A stretch of 64,000 nt of DNA from a virus (lineage: Duplodnaviria > Heunggongvirae > Uroviricota > Caudoviricetes). The stretch lies in the IMG/VR virus record IMGVR_UViG_2675903278_000002. One strand, written 5' to 3'. The translations under genes and the position numbers were made by a program. Positions 19,880 to 29,300 of this stretch are shown here, piece by piece. Under the pieces are notes generated by a model. That model was given only the letters and a program-made list of their open reading frames with translations, made no database searches and had not been told where the DNA came from. Numbering within the stretch: position 1 is the first letter of the stretch; each line of letters starts with the position of its first letter.

Positions 19880-20146
19880 ATGTTGCATAGAGTTTTATGG
19901 AAAAGCGTTATTGTCGGCGCGATACTGGCTATATCTGGGTGTGCAATGGTGCAATACAACGACGGTGAAAAGGTAAGCATACAGTCAGATGGTTGGTATG
20001 GCCTGGATAGCCTGCAAAAAACCGCAGATAAAGCCTGTCAGCAATATGGGAAGTCTAAAGCAGTATATCAGCATAGCGCGAACGCTAACCCTAATCTTGC
20101 GCCCGGTTCGGGTGTTCAGAATACCATCTGGAAATGTGAGCCTTAA
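19880..20146 (+). CDS. putative lipoprotein
   Basis: ~88 aa; signal peptide with lipobox LAISGC; origin (phage or host) unresolved. Confidence 0.65.
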   Translation: MLHRVLWKSVIVGAILAISGCAMVQYNDGEKVSIQSDGWYGLDSLQKTADKACQQYGKSKAVYQHSANANPNLAPGSGVQNTIWKCEP

Positions 20147-20148
20147 AT

Positions 20149-20400
20149 ATGAGCGACTGGAATATTGCAGCTAAAAGTCAGGAAGAACGGGATAAGGTTA
20201 ACGTTGATCTGGCTGCCAGCGGTGTGGCGTACAAAGAGCGATTGAACATACCTGTCATAGCTGAACAGGTAGCCCGCGAGCAACCAGAGAACCTGCGCAC
20301 CTATTTCATGGAACGGTTACGGCACTACCGGCAGTTAAGCCTCCAGTTGCCAAAAGGAAGCCATCCGGTGTATCAGAACGAGGATGCACCAAGAAAATAA
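20149..20400 (+). CDS. hypothetical protein
   Basis: 83 aa; ATG 2 nt after lipoprotein stop. Confidence 0.55.
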   Translation: MSDWNIAAKSQEERDKVNVDLAASGVAYKERLNIPVIAEQVAREQPENLRTYFMERLRHYRQLSLQLPKGSHPVYQNEDAPRK

Positions 20401-20776
20401 CGGCAAGATGGGGAAGACATTAAACATGCTTAACTATCACGACAACACGCGTTCTATGCAGACAATCCGCACCAATACAGCGGTGGTCGATAGCTTTCCT
20501 GTACATACTCAAGGCCGTGAAGATACCGTGGAAGTGCGACGCATGTTGTGTCGCCGGTCACCAGGCCACCAGCACTTCATCGTAACGTTTAAAAGCGATG
20601 TAGAGCGCGCCGAGAAAATCTCTAACTCCACATCTCTGGTTAGTCCGTTGGCGGAGGTTATTGTGCGCAACAATAAGGCGCGCTTTGTCCTTGAGGAGCA
20701 TCATTCTGATTTTAATGAAAAAATTGAGTCAAGCATTTTGCAATATATGAATGGCAAGTTCACGCCACCAATGTGA
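20384..20776 (+). CDS. hypothetical protein
   Basis: 130 aa ORF overlapping previous gene end; start uncertain (internal ATGs at ~20408, ~20426). Confidence 0.5.
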   Translation: MHQENNGKMGKTLNMLNYHDNTRSMQTIRTNTAVVDSFPVHTQGREDTVEVRRMLCRRSPGHQHFIVTFKSDVERAEKISNSTSLVSPLAEVIVRNNKARFVLEEHHSDFNEKIESSILQYMNGKFTPPM

Positions 20777-20837
20777 TTAGCCCCCAGCGTGGCGCGCCTG
20801 CAAACCCCGCTTTCACAAACTATGCCTTTTCAATGTA

Positions 20838-20857
20838 TACTGTATGAATAAACAGTA
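20838..20857 (+). promoter_or_regulatory. LexA (SOS) box
   Basis: TACTGTATGAATAAACAGTA: CTGT-N8-ACAG in AT-rich context, ~20 nt upstream of the UmuD'-like gene. Confidence 0.75.
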
Positions 20858-20875
20858 TCATTGAGGTAAAACGCT

Positions 20876-21265
20876 ATGGGCTTCCCTTCTCCTGCGGCGG
20901 ATTATGCAGAGAGCCGTATTTCTCTTGATCAGCAACTAATCAGACATCCTTCAGCGACCTACTTCATGCGGGCAGCTGATAGTCATCATCGTGAGGGAAT
21001 ATTACAGGGTGCATTGCTGGTGGTCGATTCCTCACTTACCCCGGTTGATGGTTCTCTGCTTGTATGCGCTCTGGATGGGGAATATCGCGTAAAAAGATAC
21101 CGGAAGTACCCACGTCAGCATCTGGAGGATTTAAGAACCGGTAAGAAGGAAGCATTGCCAAAGGATGACGATGGATGCACGGGCAGCAATGCCGTGTTTG
21201 GTGTGATCACTCACATTATCAACGACGCAAGAAGTGGCGAGTTTGATGATTGTCCCGTGATGTAG
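20876..21265 (+). CDS. UmuD'-like protein (S24 peptidase fold, lacks LexA-like N-terminal arm)
   Basis: 129 aa; begins GFPSPAADYAE...HPSATYF, i.e. where processed UmuD' begins; C-terminal ~35-aa extension. Confidence 0.8.
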   Translation: MGFPSPAADYAESRISLDQQLIRHPSATYFMRAADSHHREGILQGALLVVDSSLTPVDGSLLVCALDGEYRVKRYRKYPRQHLEDLRTGKKEALPKDDDGCTGSNAVFGVITHIINDARSGEFDDCPVM

Positions 21266-21277
21266 GAGAACTGATTA

Positions 21278-21301
21278 GGCGGTGCATTGCACCGCCTTTT
21301 T
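21278..21301 (+). terminator. rho-independent terminator
   Basis: GGCGGTGCA/TGCACCGCC hairpin followed by TTTTT, between the UmuD'-like gene and the convergent apbC stop. Confidence 0.7.
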
Positions 21302-21302
21302 A

Positions 21303-22403
21303 TCACACTGCGCGGAATGCGATTTCGCCAGGTATTACTTCACCTTGCCAATACATTTGGGCAGCAACGCGATCTGCGAGGTCACGATAAATAGCCGTAA
21401 ATTCGCTATCTGGACGACTAATAACGGTTGGTGTTCCGTTATCCAGATCTTCACGAAGAGAGATATGAAGTGGCATTTGGCCTAACAACTGCGTGTTGTA
21501 TTTCTCGGCCAGTTTCTGTGCGCCACCGGTGCCAAAAATTGGCTCGTGATGACCGCAGTTACTGCAAATATGCACACTCATGTTTTCGACGATACCCAGT
21601 ACCGGCACTTCGACTTTTTCGAACATCACAATGCCTTTCTTCGCATCGATCAGCGCGATGTCTTGCGGCGTAGTTACCACAACCGCACCAGTTACAGGAA
21701 TGTTCTGCGCCAGCGTCAACTGAATATCACCAGTGCCCGGCGGCATATCGAGAACGAGATAGTCCAGATCAGGCCATAGAGTTTCCTGCAACATCTGCAT
21801 CAGCGCCTTGCTGGCCATCGGTCCACGCCACACCATTGCATTGTCGTCGGTGACCAGATAACCAATAGAGTTGGTTGCCAGGCCATGAGACATGATAGGT
21901 GCCATGTGAGTACCGTCCGGTGAGGTTGGACGTTGGTTTTCCGCGCCCAGCATGGTTGGAATTGATGGACCATAGATATCGGCATCCAAAATACCAACTT
22001 TCGCACCTTCAGCAGCCAACGCCAGTGCCAGATTTACCGCCGTGGAGGATTTACCTACGCCGCCCTTGCCTGAGCTGACGGCGATAATGTTCTTAACGCC
22101 ATTAATGCCTGGTTGGTTTTTGACGCGCTTAAGCGTGGCAATGTTGTACGACAGCTTCCAGTCAATAGCCTTTGCGCCAGTGATACGGAGCAGATCACCA
22201 CTACATTGCTCTTTCAGGTCTTCAAAAGGCTTATTCCACACGAAAGGCATGATTAGTTCGACATGCAGTGTGTCATCCATCAACGCAACATGGTGTAACG
22301 CTTTAAGCGTAGTCAGGTTGTGTTTCAGGGTTGGGTGCTGAAAATTAGCCAGCGTACCGGCTACCATTGCTCTCAGGGCATCCGGCGATTTGGACTCGCT
22401 CAT
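21303..22403 (-). CDS. apbC: iron-sulfur cluster carrier ATPase ApbC/Mrp (host-type)
   Basis: 366 aa; deviant Walker A AVSSGKGGVGKSST, CSNCGHH motif; from recall, matches enterobacterial ApbC/Mrp closely along its length (not alignment-checked, unlike metG); divergent from metG as in E. coli. Confidence 0.95.
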   Translation of the reverse strand: MSESKSPDALRAMVAGTLANFQHPTLKHNLTTLKALHHVALMDDTLHVELIMPFVWNKPFEDLKEQCSGDLLRITGAKAIDWKLSYNIATLKRVKNQPGINGVKNIIAVSSGKGGVGKSSTAVNLALALAAEGAKVGILDADIYGPSIPTMLGAENQRPTSPDGTHMAPIMSHGLATNSIGYLVTDDNAMVWRGPMASKALMQMLQETLWPDLDYLVLDMPPGTGDIQLTLAQNIPVTGAVVVTTPQDIALIDAKKGIVMFEKVEVPVLGIVENMSVHICSNCGHHEPIFGTGGAQKLAEKYNTQLLGQMPLHISLREDLDNGTPTVISRPDSEFTAIYRDLADRVAAQMYWQGEVIPGEIAFRAV

Positions 22404-22560
22404 CCCGTCTCCTTTATTTTAATTTGCGCAATTGTCGCCTTGTAGTGTACTCCAGCTACGACATTTAATCATTTATGAGAAATGCTGTTATCACATGGCA
22501 GACATAAGGCCATTTTGTTACTATCAAGCCCCTTTTCACTACAAAGAAGTAATGCCTACT

Positions 22561-24594
22561 ATGACCCAAGTCGCGAAGAAAATTCTGGTGACGTGCGCGC
22601 TGCCGTACGCTAACGGCTCAATCCACCTCGGCCATATGCTGGAGCACATCCAGGCTGATGTCTGGGTTCGTTACCAGCGAATGCGCGGCCACGAGGTTAA
22701 TTTCATCTGTGCCGACGATGCCCACGGTACGCCGATCATGCTGAAAGCACAGCAGCTTGGTATCACACCGGAGCAGATGATTGGCGAAATGAGTCAGGAA
22801 CACCAGACTGATTTCGCAGGCTTTAACATCAGCTATGACAACTATCACTCGACGCACAGCGAAGAGAACCGTCAGTTGTCTGAGCTTATCTATACTCGCC
22901 TGAAAGAGAACGGTTTTATTAAAAACCGCACTATCTCTCAGTTGTACGACCCGGAAAAAGGCATGTTCCTGCCGGATCGTTTTGTAAAAGGCACCTGCCC
23001 GAAATGTAAAGCGCCAGATCAATACGGCGATAACTGTGAAGTCTGCGGCGCAACATATAGCCCGACTGAATTGATCGAGCCGAAATCGGTGGTTTCTGGC
23101 GCTACCCCGGTAATGCGTGATTCCGAACACTTCTTCTTTGATCTGCCTTCTTTCAGCGAAATGTTGCAGGCATGGACCCGCAGCGGCGCGTTGCAGGAGC
23201 AGGTGGCGAACAAAATGCAGGAATGGTTTGAATCCGGCCTGCAACAGTGGGATATCTCCCGAGATGCGCCTTACTTCGGTTTTGAAATTCCGAACGCGCC
23301 GGGCAAATATTTCTACGTCTGGCTGGACGCGCCGATTGGCTACATGGGTTCCTTCAAGAATCTGTGCGACAAGCGCGGCGATACCACCAGCTTCGATGAA
23401 TACTGGAAGAAAGACTCCACCGCCGAGCTGTACCACTTCATCGGTAAAGATATTGTTTACTTCCACAGCCTGTTCTGGCCTGCCATGCTGGAAGGCAGCA
23501 ACTTCCGCAAGCCGACCAACCTGTTTGTTCACGGCTATGTGACGGTGAACGGCGCGAAGATGTCCAAGTCTCGCGGCACCTTTATTAAAGCCAGCACCTG
23601 GCTGAATCATTTTGACGCCGACAGCCTGCGTTACTACTACACTGCGAAACTCTCTTCGCGCATTGATGATATCGATCTCAACCTGGAGGATTTCGTTCAG
23701 CGCGTGAATGCCGATATCGTGAACAAAGTGGTTAACCTGGCCTCCCGTAATGCAGGCTTTATCAACAAGCGTTTTGACGGCGTGCTGGCAAGCGAACTGG
23801 CTGACCCGCAACTGTACAAAACCTTTACTGATGCCGCTGAAGTGATTGGCGAAGCATGGGAAAGCCGCGAATTTGGTAAAGCTATCCGTGAAATCATGGC
23901 ATTGGCTGACCTGGCTAACCGCTATGTCGATGAACAGGCTCCGTGGGTGGTGGCGAAGCAGGAAGGACGCGATGCCGATCTGCAGGCGATTTGCTCTATG
24001 GGCATTAACCTGTTCCGCGTGCTGATGACGTACCTGAAGCCGGTACTGCCGAAACTGACTGAACGTGCAGAAGCATTCCTGAATACAGAACTGACCTGGG
24101 ATGGTATCCAGCAACCGCTGCTGGGCCATAAAGTAAATCCGTTCAAGGCACTGTATAACCGCATCGATATGAAGCAGGTTGAAGCACTGGTGGAAGCATC
24201 CAAAGAAGAAGTGAAAGCCACAGCCGCACCGGTAACTGGCCCACTGGCTGACGACCCGATTCAGGAAACTATCACCTTTGACGACTTCGCCAAAGTTGAC
24301 CTGCGCGTGGCGCTGATTGAAAACGCAGAGTTTGTAGAAGGTTCTGACAAACTGCTTCGCCTGACGCTGGATCTCGGTGGTGAAAAGCGTAATGTCTTCT
24401 CAGGCATCCGTTCCGCTTATCCAGATCCACAGGCACTGATTGGTCGTCACACCATTATGGTGGCTAACCTGGCACCACGTAAAATGCGCTTCGGTATCTC
24501 TGAAGGCATGGTGATGGCTGCTGGCCCCGGCGGGAAAGATATCTTCCTGTTAAGCCCGGATGCTGGTGCTAAACCTGGCCACCAGGTTAAGTAA
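22561..24594 (+). CDS. metG: methionyl-tRNA synthetase (host-type)
   Basis: Starts [31 protein letters not shown]..., KMSKS present, ends ...GAKPGHQVK; essentially the E. coli MetG sequence; track ORF 22432 begins upstream in frame, ATG 22561 is the conserved start. Confidence 0.96.
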   Translation: MTQVAKKILVTCALPYANGSIHLGHMLEHIQADVWVRYQRMRGHEVNFICADDAHGTPIMLKAQQLGITPEQMIGEMSQEHQTDFAGFNISYDNYHSTHSEENRQLSELIYTRLKENGFIKNRTISQLYDPEKGMFLPDRFVKGTCPKCKAPDQYGDNCEVCGATYSPTELIEPKSVVSGATPVMRDSEHFFFDLPSFSEMLQAWTRSGALQEQVANKMQEWFESGLQQWDISRDAPYFGFEIPNAPGKYFYVWLDAPIGYMGSFKNLCDKRGDTTSFDEYWKKDSTAELYHFIGKDIVYFHSLFWPAMLEGSNFRKPTNLFVHGYVTVNGAKMSKSRGTFIKASTWLNHFDADSLRYYYTAKLSSRIDDIDLNLEDFVQRVNADIVNKVVNLASRNAGFINKRFDGVLASELADPQLYKTFTDAAEVIGEAWESREFGKAIREIMALADLANRYVDEQAPWVVAKQEGRDADLQAICSMGINLFRVLMTYLKPVLPKLTERAEAFLNTELTWDGIQQPLLGHKVNPFKALYNRIDMKQVEALVEASKEEVKATAAPVTGPLADDPIQETITFDDFAKVDLRVALIENAEFVEGSDKLLRLTLDLGGEKRNVFSGIRSAYPDPQALIGRHTIMVANLAPRKMRFGISEGMVMAAGPGGKDIFLLSPDAGAKPGHQVK

Positions 24595-24612
24595 TTAAAC
24601 AACCTCTCTTCG

Positions 24613-24641
24613 CAATGCCCGGCAACACGCCGGGCATTTTC
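24613..24641 (+). terminator. rho-independent terminator (metG)
   Basis: GCCCGGC-AACAC-GCCGGGC hairpin followed by ATTTT right after metG stop. Confidence 0.85.
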
Positions 24642-24677
24642 ATATAGACACAATCCCTTCTGATTTACACAGTACCT

Positions 24678-24692
24678 AAAACAATTTGTTTT
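24678..24692 (+). promoter_or_regulatory. class-A palindromic motif (first of a tandem pair)
   Basis: AAAACAATTTGTTTT followed by CTGCC, same as motif at ~29301. Confidence 0.6.
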
Positions 24693-24727
24693 CTGCCTTT
24701 TGTTGATGGAGATAATAAACCACATAA

Positions 24728-24743
24728 GAAAACAACTTGTTTT
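24728..24743 (+). promoter_or_regulatory. class-A palindromic motif
   Basis: GAAAACAACTTGTTTT immediately upstream of RBS GGAGTGG and ATG 24756. Confidence 0.6.
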
Positions 24744-24755
24744 GGAGTGGTTGAA

Positions 24756-25055
24756 ATGTTGAACATTACCCAAGCCTACCAGGTGGCATTGATCAGCTCA
24801 TCTCATACATCAGAGGAAGATGCTCGCCGATTCATGATCGCAAGCAATGAGCTGGATTGGGTTTCACAAATTGAGTACGGTTGCATTGTCCACGCCGGGT
24901 TACAGGACGATGACTGGAAAGATGAGTTGCGTCGATATGGTATATCCGAGGGCGCGATTGCGAACATTCAGAAAGTACTTGATGTAGGCTTTGACTCTGT
25001 ACATTTTGATTGTGGTGCACCGGTCGTTGAAGGGCTAGAGTGCTGGCAATGGTAA
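24756..25055 (+). CDS. hypothetical small protein
   Basis: ~99 aa; ATG with GGAG upstream, in frame with track ORF 24747 (GTG). Confidence 0.6.
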   Translation: MLNITQAYQVALISSSHTSEEDARRFMIASNELDWVSQIEYGCIVHAGLQDDDWKDELRRYGISEGAIANIQKVLDVGFDSVHFDCGAPVVEGLECWQW

Positions 25056-25091
25056 TCCGGCAATCGCTTCATACTAGACAACGGAGAATTT

Positions 25092-25277
25092 ATGCTTAAA
25101 GAAGACTCATATCTACTAAAGGCGCTTGAAATGCGTGGCGTTGAACCTACAGTGAAAAACGCTCACGATATCTACCTTCAGTTTTCACCGGAGCTGAAAC
25201 GGTTCATAAATCAATACGGGGTTAATGACTCAAGTGTTAAAGCAATGATAGATGATGAATTAGACCATCTCATCTAA
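25092..25277 (+). CDS. hypothetical small protein
   Basis: 61 aa; RBS GGAG 7 nt upstream. Confidence 0.5.
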   Translation: MLKEDSYLLKALEMRGVEPTVKNAHDIYLQFSPELKRFINQYGVNDSSVKAMIDDELDHLI

Positions 25278-25429
25278 TCGTTTCCTATGATAATGGTTTT
25301 CACTTTGAGATTGTTATTTTTCATAGCTAAAGCTGATGTTTGTGGAAGGTGGATTGATAAACGGATGCGTATTTAGGTTATACAAGTGAGAAAATTGATA
25401 ATATATAAACGCGATTTTTATGTGATGGA

Positions 25430-25999
25430 ATGGATGTGATGGAAACCCAGAACCAACAAACAAAACCTCTGAATAACATTTATGCGTGGATTCTAGCGTT
25501 CATGCCTTTCTTCTTTGGAGTATCGCCGGAAGAGTATACCAATTACGCTATTATAATTGGGGGTGTAACTACCATCGGTTTGTTAGTAGCTGACAGAATG
25601 GCTCTATCGGAGTCTGGCTGTGAACCACCTTCAATTCTATGGGGGGTATTCCTCCTGCCTGTCTATCTCTGGAAGCGCGCGACTATTACAAAAGGCAGCA
25701 GAGTGCCATTTATCATAATCGTTGCGTCGCTGGCTTGGATTATCTTCATCGGCATCCCACACAAGGACGAGGTTGCTCTTGAAGAAGCAGCCTGCCCTCT
25801 CGTGACAACTATTCTGAAAGAGAATAACGGTTCGACTGCACCAAAATGTATGAAGGTGACAATAGAGGACAAGGTGACGGATAAGTTCTATAGAGCAACG
25901 GCTACACTAGACAATGGTAATGACATTAACATTACTCTGGAACTTACCGGCGACAGGAACTTCTACGTCCGTGTTCCAAATGTTTATCTGAACAACTAA
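25430..25999 (+). CDS. putative inner-membrane protein
   Basis: 189 aa; three hydrophobic helices, then a soluble C-terminal domain. Confidence 0.6.
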   Translation: MDVMETQNQQTKPLNNIYAWILAFMPFFFGVSPEEYTNYAIIIGGVTTIGLLVADRMALSESGCEPPSILWGVFLLPVYLWKRATITKGSRVPFIIIVASLAWIIFIGIPHKDEVALEEAACPLVTTILKENNGSTAPKCMKVTIEDKVTDKFYRATATLDNGNDINITLELTGDRNFYVRVPNVYLNN

Positions 26000-26109
26000 C
26001 GGTTGCAACTTATTGATAATGGCGGTCACAATTTGATTCTTTTCTATAAGAACCCGTTGATCGCCACTACTCCCCTCCCATACCAGCAATCACATCATTA
26101 AATATCAAT

Positions 26110-26960
26110 AGGTTATGGTTGTTTATACAAATAAGAAAACAACTAAATAACAGATCAACGAAACGTCAACGCTTTCACCCGATTTGGTCTAAAAAATTGA
26201 CGTTTTCACACATCACTTCTTATACCCGTAACTCTACGCAGCAGACATCGCCACAGCGTCCAATTTTCACCACAGACGACCCAACACACTACCAACAAAA
26301 ACACACGCTCAAAATCGCTCCCGTTGCGTTACACAACCATATAAACAACTTATTTTCAGGCATAACAAAACAACTAAATAACACACATGCCATTTCCAAA
26401 AACAACCAACCTCTTTATGGCAGGCTACCGAAAAGACCCACCTCTTCTCCCCAGGCTACCGGACAACCAACCTAACTTTCACAGGCAATCCGAAAACATT
26501 CATACGCGCGATACCCACGACACGCCATTACCCAAACAGCGAAGAAACACCAGAATCACTGAACCCCCAACGAAGCCTGTAACCGCAAGGCTTCTCTCAA
26601 TCCCAAAAGACACGAAACAGAACAATCACGGGAAACGCCATTACCCAACACACGAATAACTACAAAAGCCCTTCACGCACTCCAGACAAACAACTCAAAC
26701 ACAATAACGAAAGGAATCGCCCACCTGCCATTACTCCATACACGGAGAAGAACAATCACCAAAACGACGAGAACACCCCATAGAAGAACCACCGCAAAAC
26801 GAACGAAACCACATACACCGACAGAGAGAACAACACACCCAATTCACCAACAGAATTAGTCGCCGTATAGAACGTTCTGGAAGGAGTGAGTGTTAACGTC
26901 CATAGAGAGGTTGAGACAGATAAAACACGAATAAAACACAACATGTATAGCGAAGAAGCC
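26110..26960 (+). ncRNA. candidate non-coding transcript, A+C-rich and G-poor on the + strand
   Basis: ~0.85 kb strongly depleted in G and T; starts after a class-A-like half motif (AAGAAAACAACTAAATAACA, repeated ~240 nt in); ends at hairpin+T terminator ~26983-27007; ORFs here are low-complexity. Confidence 0.35.
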
Positions 26961-26982
26961 AGGTATGTATAAGTGGGGAGAG

Positions 26983-27007
26983 AAGGAGGGGTGTCGCCTC
27001 CTTTTTC
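26983..27007 (+). terminator. rho-independent terminator
   Basis: GGAGG-GGTGTCG-CCTCC followed by TTTTT. Confidence 0.65.
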
Positions 27008-27059
27008 GTATTTATTCAACTCCTGATTTTACCCCCCGTAACACCCCTACGGTCAGCCT

Positions 27060-27210
27060 TCGGTCCATACAGGGAAAAGGCTGCATCCCGCTACAGAAAC
27101 GGCTGGGTTGCCTTCGGGGAACGGCTGGAGGTTTTCAGGGAAACGGTCGAGTTGCCTGTGTGGATTTCGGGAAAAGGCTCGATGCCGGTTCAGGAACGGT
27201 GGCGTACCGG
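27060..27210. repeat. array of short iterated repeats (GGGAAAmGGCT-like), ~6 copies at ~20-30 nt spacing
   Basis: CAGGGAAAAGGCTG, CAGAAACGGCTGG, GGGGAACGGCTGG, CAGGGAAACGGTCG, CGGGAAAAGGCTCG, CAGGAACGGTGGCG in series; related array at ~31085-31260. Confidence 0.6.
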
Positions 27211-27535
27211 TATAGCGTGAGGGAGAGTTGCGGCTGTCCACCTGTAATGTGCGGGAAGAAGAGAGGCGCTCACGTGCAGGCGAACTTACTTACCGCTGGA
27301 TTCCCTCTGAATGCCCAGCTACAGCGTAATTGTGCCAGACAGTCAGCGGGTCACAATCGATTTCAGTAGGTTTTCGGGGAGAAGAAAATTCTGCCCACCA
27401 GCCCTGCGGCGCGCGTAGAGCAGAATATCGTAAATACTGGTTCCGTGTCGTTCCCGGATACTCACTACCCAGCCTGGCTTTCCCGACATAAAATCCTTTT
27501 CCGCCTTTGTCTTATTGCGATAATAACACCAACAA

Positions 27536-27552
27536 GTAAACAACATGTTTAG
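27536..27552 (+). promoter_or_regulatory. class-A palindromic motif
   Basis: GTAAACAACATGTTTAG preceded by CGATAATAACACCAACAAG box, upstream of ATG 27583. Confidence 0.6.
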
Positions 27553-27582
27553 ACGTTATATAAACGAAGTGAGGATGAAGAG

Positions 27583-27801
27583 ATGATTAAGATGCCTGTG
27601 ACGGTTGAGGTGTGGGGCGTGGATTCCCTGGCTGAGTGTCTGGATGCAGTGGGGCCGGAGTTGTACCGCAAGTTGTGGTCGTTCGTCCCGGCAGAAGGGG
27701 AATCGCCCAAAGGGAAGGATATCTGGCACCTGCTGAGTGAAGATGAAAAGCGGGAGCTGGTGGACGCGGTACACAGCGAGTTCCCGGGCGACGAAGATTA
27801 A
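27583..27801 (+). CDS. hypothetical small acidic protein
   Basis: 72 aa; RBS GAGGATGAAGAG; terminator follows. Confidence 0.6.
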   Translation: MIKMPVTVEVWGVDSLAECLDAVGPELYRKLWSFVPAEGESPKGKDIWHLLSEDEKRELVDAVHSEFPGDED

Positions 27802-27806
27802 GAGTG

Positions 27807-27830
27807 AGGCCACCAGCACGGTGGCTTTTG
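27807..27830 (+). terminator. rho-independent terminator (GGCCACC...GGTGGC family)
   Basis: GCCACC-AGCAC-GGTGGC hairpin followed by TTTTG. Confidence 0.7.
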
Positions 27831-27912
27831 TCGCTATTAACCTCCGGGCAGCGCAGCACCGTAACGATATACTTTGTGGCCGTTTTCTTACTGGTATTGT
27901 TTACGCAATTCA

Positions 27913-27930
27913 GAAAACAACATGTTTAAG
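27913..27930 (+). promoter_or_regulatory. class-A palindromic motif
   Basis: GAAAACAACATGTTTAAG; ~35 nt upstream sequence nearly identical to that before the motif at ~28396. Confidence 0.6.
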
Positions 27931-27939
27931 GATTGCGTT

Positions 27940-28269
27940 ATGTTTGCAAATATCGACATCAACCAAATCAAGAAAATGACTCAAAAAGAGTTTGACCAGT
28001 TTTATGAGTTAGAAGGTTGGTCTTCCACTCTGATCAATTCGCGGTGGGTGCTTGAGCTGATGACTCGTGATGACGCACCTGCTTTGATGATTTGCGACAT
28101 GGGTGAAGATGCTGACTTTATGGATATGAGCGAATTTTGTGTGGACACATACAACCGCAGCCAGAAGTACTACTTCACATGCGATAGCGAAAATGACGTG
28201 ATTTCTAAGGTCTATCTTCACCTCGTCCAGCATTGGGACGTTCAGGAGTTTCTTGAAGTATTCGAGTAA
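27940..28269 (+). CDS. hypothetical small acidic protein
   Basis: ~109 aa from ATG 27940 (AAGGA upstream), in frame with track ORF 27874; terminator follows. Confidence 0.6.
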   Translation: MFANIDINQIKKMTQKEFDQFYELEGWSSTLINSRWVLELMTRDDAPALMICDMGEDADFMDMSEFCVDTYNRSQKYYFTCDSENDVISKVYLHLVQHWDVQEFLEVFE

Positions 28270-28277
28270 CCCCAACC

Positions 28278-28303
28278 AAAGCCAGCATTGCTGGCTTAAT
28301 TTC
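28278..28303 (+). terminator. rho-independent terminator
   Basis: AAGCCAGC-ATT-GCTGGCTT hairpin then AATTTC. Confidence 0.65.
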
Positions 28304-28395
28304 TCTATAGCCGCAGGGAAGAACCTGCATATCGCTCATGCACCTGATCAATATGCTTTGTAGCCGTTTTCTTACTGGTATTATTTACGCCATTG

Positions 28396-28412
28396 AGAAA
28401 ACAAGTTGTTTA
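28396..28412 (+). promoter_or_regulatory. class-A palindromic motif
   Basis: GAAAACAAGTTGTTTAC upstream of RBS GGAG and ATG 28423. Confidence 0.6.
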
Positions 28413-28422
28413 CGGAGTTGTG

Positions 28423-28734
28423 ATGAAAAAATCATTGGTTCTTGGTCTGGACAAAGACCAGAAGAGAAAAGAGAAGCCTGCGCTGGTTGCTCAATTAACT
28501 TTGCTGGACATCGTTGCCAATGGAACCTCTATTCGTCTGTTCCGTGAAACAGCGGTGTCTTTCGATAAAAACACCTTTACTCGTTATGTAATGAATGTTC
28601 GTCGCCAGCGTGGAAAAGGCTGGGTGGCATTTCAAAGAATGTGGCCGGAACATCAGCTCGAACTGGCTTTGATGGAAGTTAACCGCGTGGCCCAGCAAGA
28701 GATTCAGAGAGCATCAGTGATGGCAATAGCCTGA
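28423..28734 (+). CDS. hypothetical small basic protein
   Basis: ~103 aa from ATG 28423, in frame with track ORF 28393; terminator follows. Confidence 0.6.
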   Translation: MKKSLVLGLDKDQKRKEKPALVAQLTLLDIVANGTSIRLFRETAVSFDKNTFTRYVMNVRRQRGKGWVAFQRMWPEHQLELALMEVNRVAQQEIQRASVMAIA

Positions 28735-28767
28735 TAATGTGCAAGTGGTAATTAGTCGACAGTACGA

Positions 28768-28797
28768 CAGCCCCGCCATCCTTACGGGGCTTTTTTG
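28768..28797 (+). terminator. rho-independent terminator
   Basis: GCCCCG-CCATCCTTA-CGGGGC hairpin followed by TTTTTT. Confidence 0.8.
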
Positions 28798-28860
28798 TAT
28801 TGTAAGTACATACTTATGATCATAGAATATAAAAATAACCAAAACACTACGGAGAGTGAA

Positions 28861-29256
28861 ATGACCGTTAAACGCGAAAAACTGACAGTTGATGTTTACT
28901 ATGCCTCTGAAACCGCCGAAGGTAAGAATGTGGCAAAAATCACCGTTGTTACGTACAACACCGAAACTGGTGCCGAAGTCCAGGCCAGTACGATCGTGCG
29001 TAAAGGTGATGCCTCCGACGGCGAGTACGCGACTCAATACCAGTCCATTCTCGATGCAACTGACCCGCTGCTGCTGAAAATCGAGAACTACTTCCGCCAG
29101 GTTGATGAAGAGGTGTTTGAAACCATGATGAATATGGTTAACACCGTATTCGCCTCCAACCTGAATACCAACACTACCTGGATTGGTCAGTACGGCCTGC
29201 GCATTACCTCTGGCATTCCTGCCGACACCTTAATCCCTGAAAGCGTATTCGCTTAA
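28861..29256 (+). CDS. hypothetical protein
   Basis: ~131 aa from ATG 28861 (GGAGAG upstream), in frame with track ORF 28795; terminator follows. Confidence 0.6.
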   Translation: MTVKREKLTVDVYYASETAEGKNVAKITVVTYNTETGAEVQASTIVRKGDASDGEYATQYQSILDATDPLLLKIENYFRQVDEEVFETMMNMVNTVFASNLNTNTTWIGQYGLRITSGIPADTLIPESVFA

Positions 29257-29263
29257 TCCTCTT

Positions 29264-29293
29264 TAAATGGCGCGTAAACCGCGCCATTTTCTT
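29264..29293 (+). terminator. rho-independent terminator
   Basis: AATGGCGCG-TAAAC-CGCGCCATT hairpin followed by TTCTT. Confidence 0.75.
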
Positions 29294-29300
29294 ATGCCCG

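Noticed and set aside
22618-24129. 503-aa minus-strand ORF inside metG
   Set aside because: Entirely antisense to a highly conserved host gene; Ala/Arg-rich translation typical of the opposite strand of a GC-rich gene; no RBS.
26119-26659. Two + strand ORFs (118 and 90 aa) in the A+C-rich stretch
   Set aside because: Translations are low-complexity (T/P/Q/N/K/H-rich), overlap each other in different frames, and follow the nucleotide skew rather than a coding signal.
26965-27369. 134-aa + strand ORF over the iterated repeats
   Set aside because: Spans a hairpin terminator and the repeat array; Gly/Arg/Cys-rich junk-like translation; no RBS.
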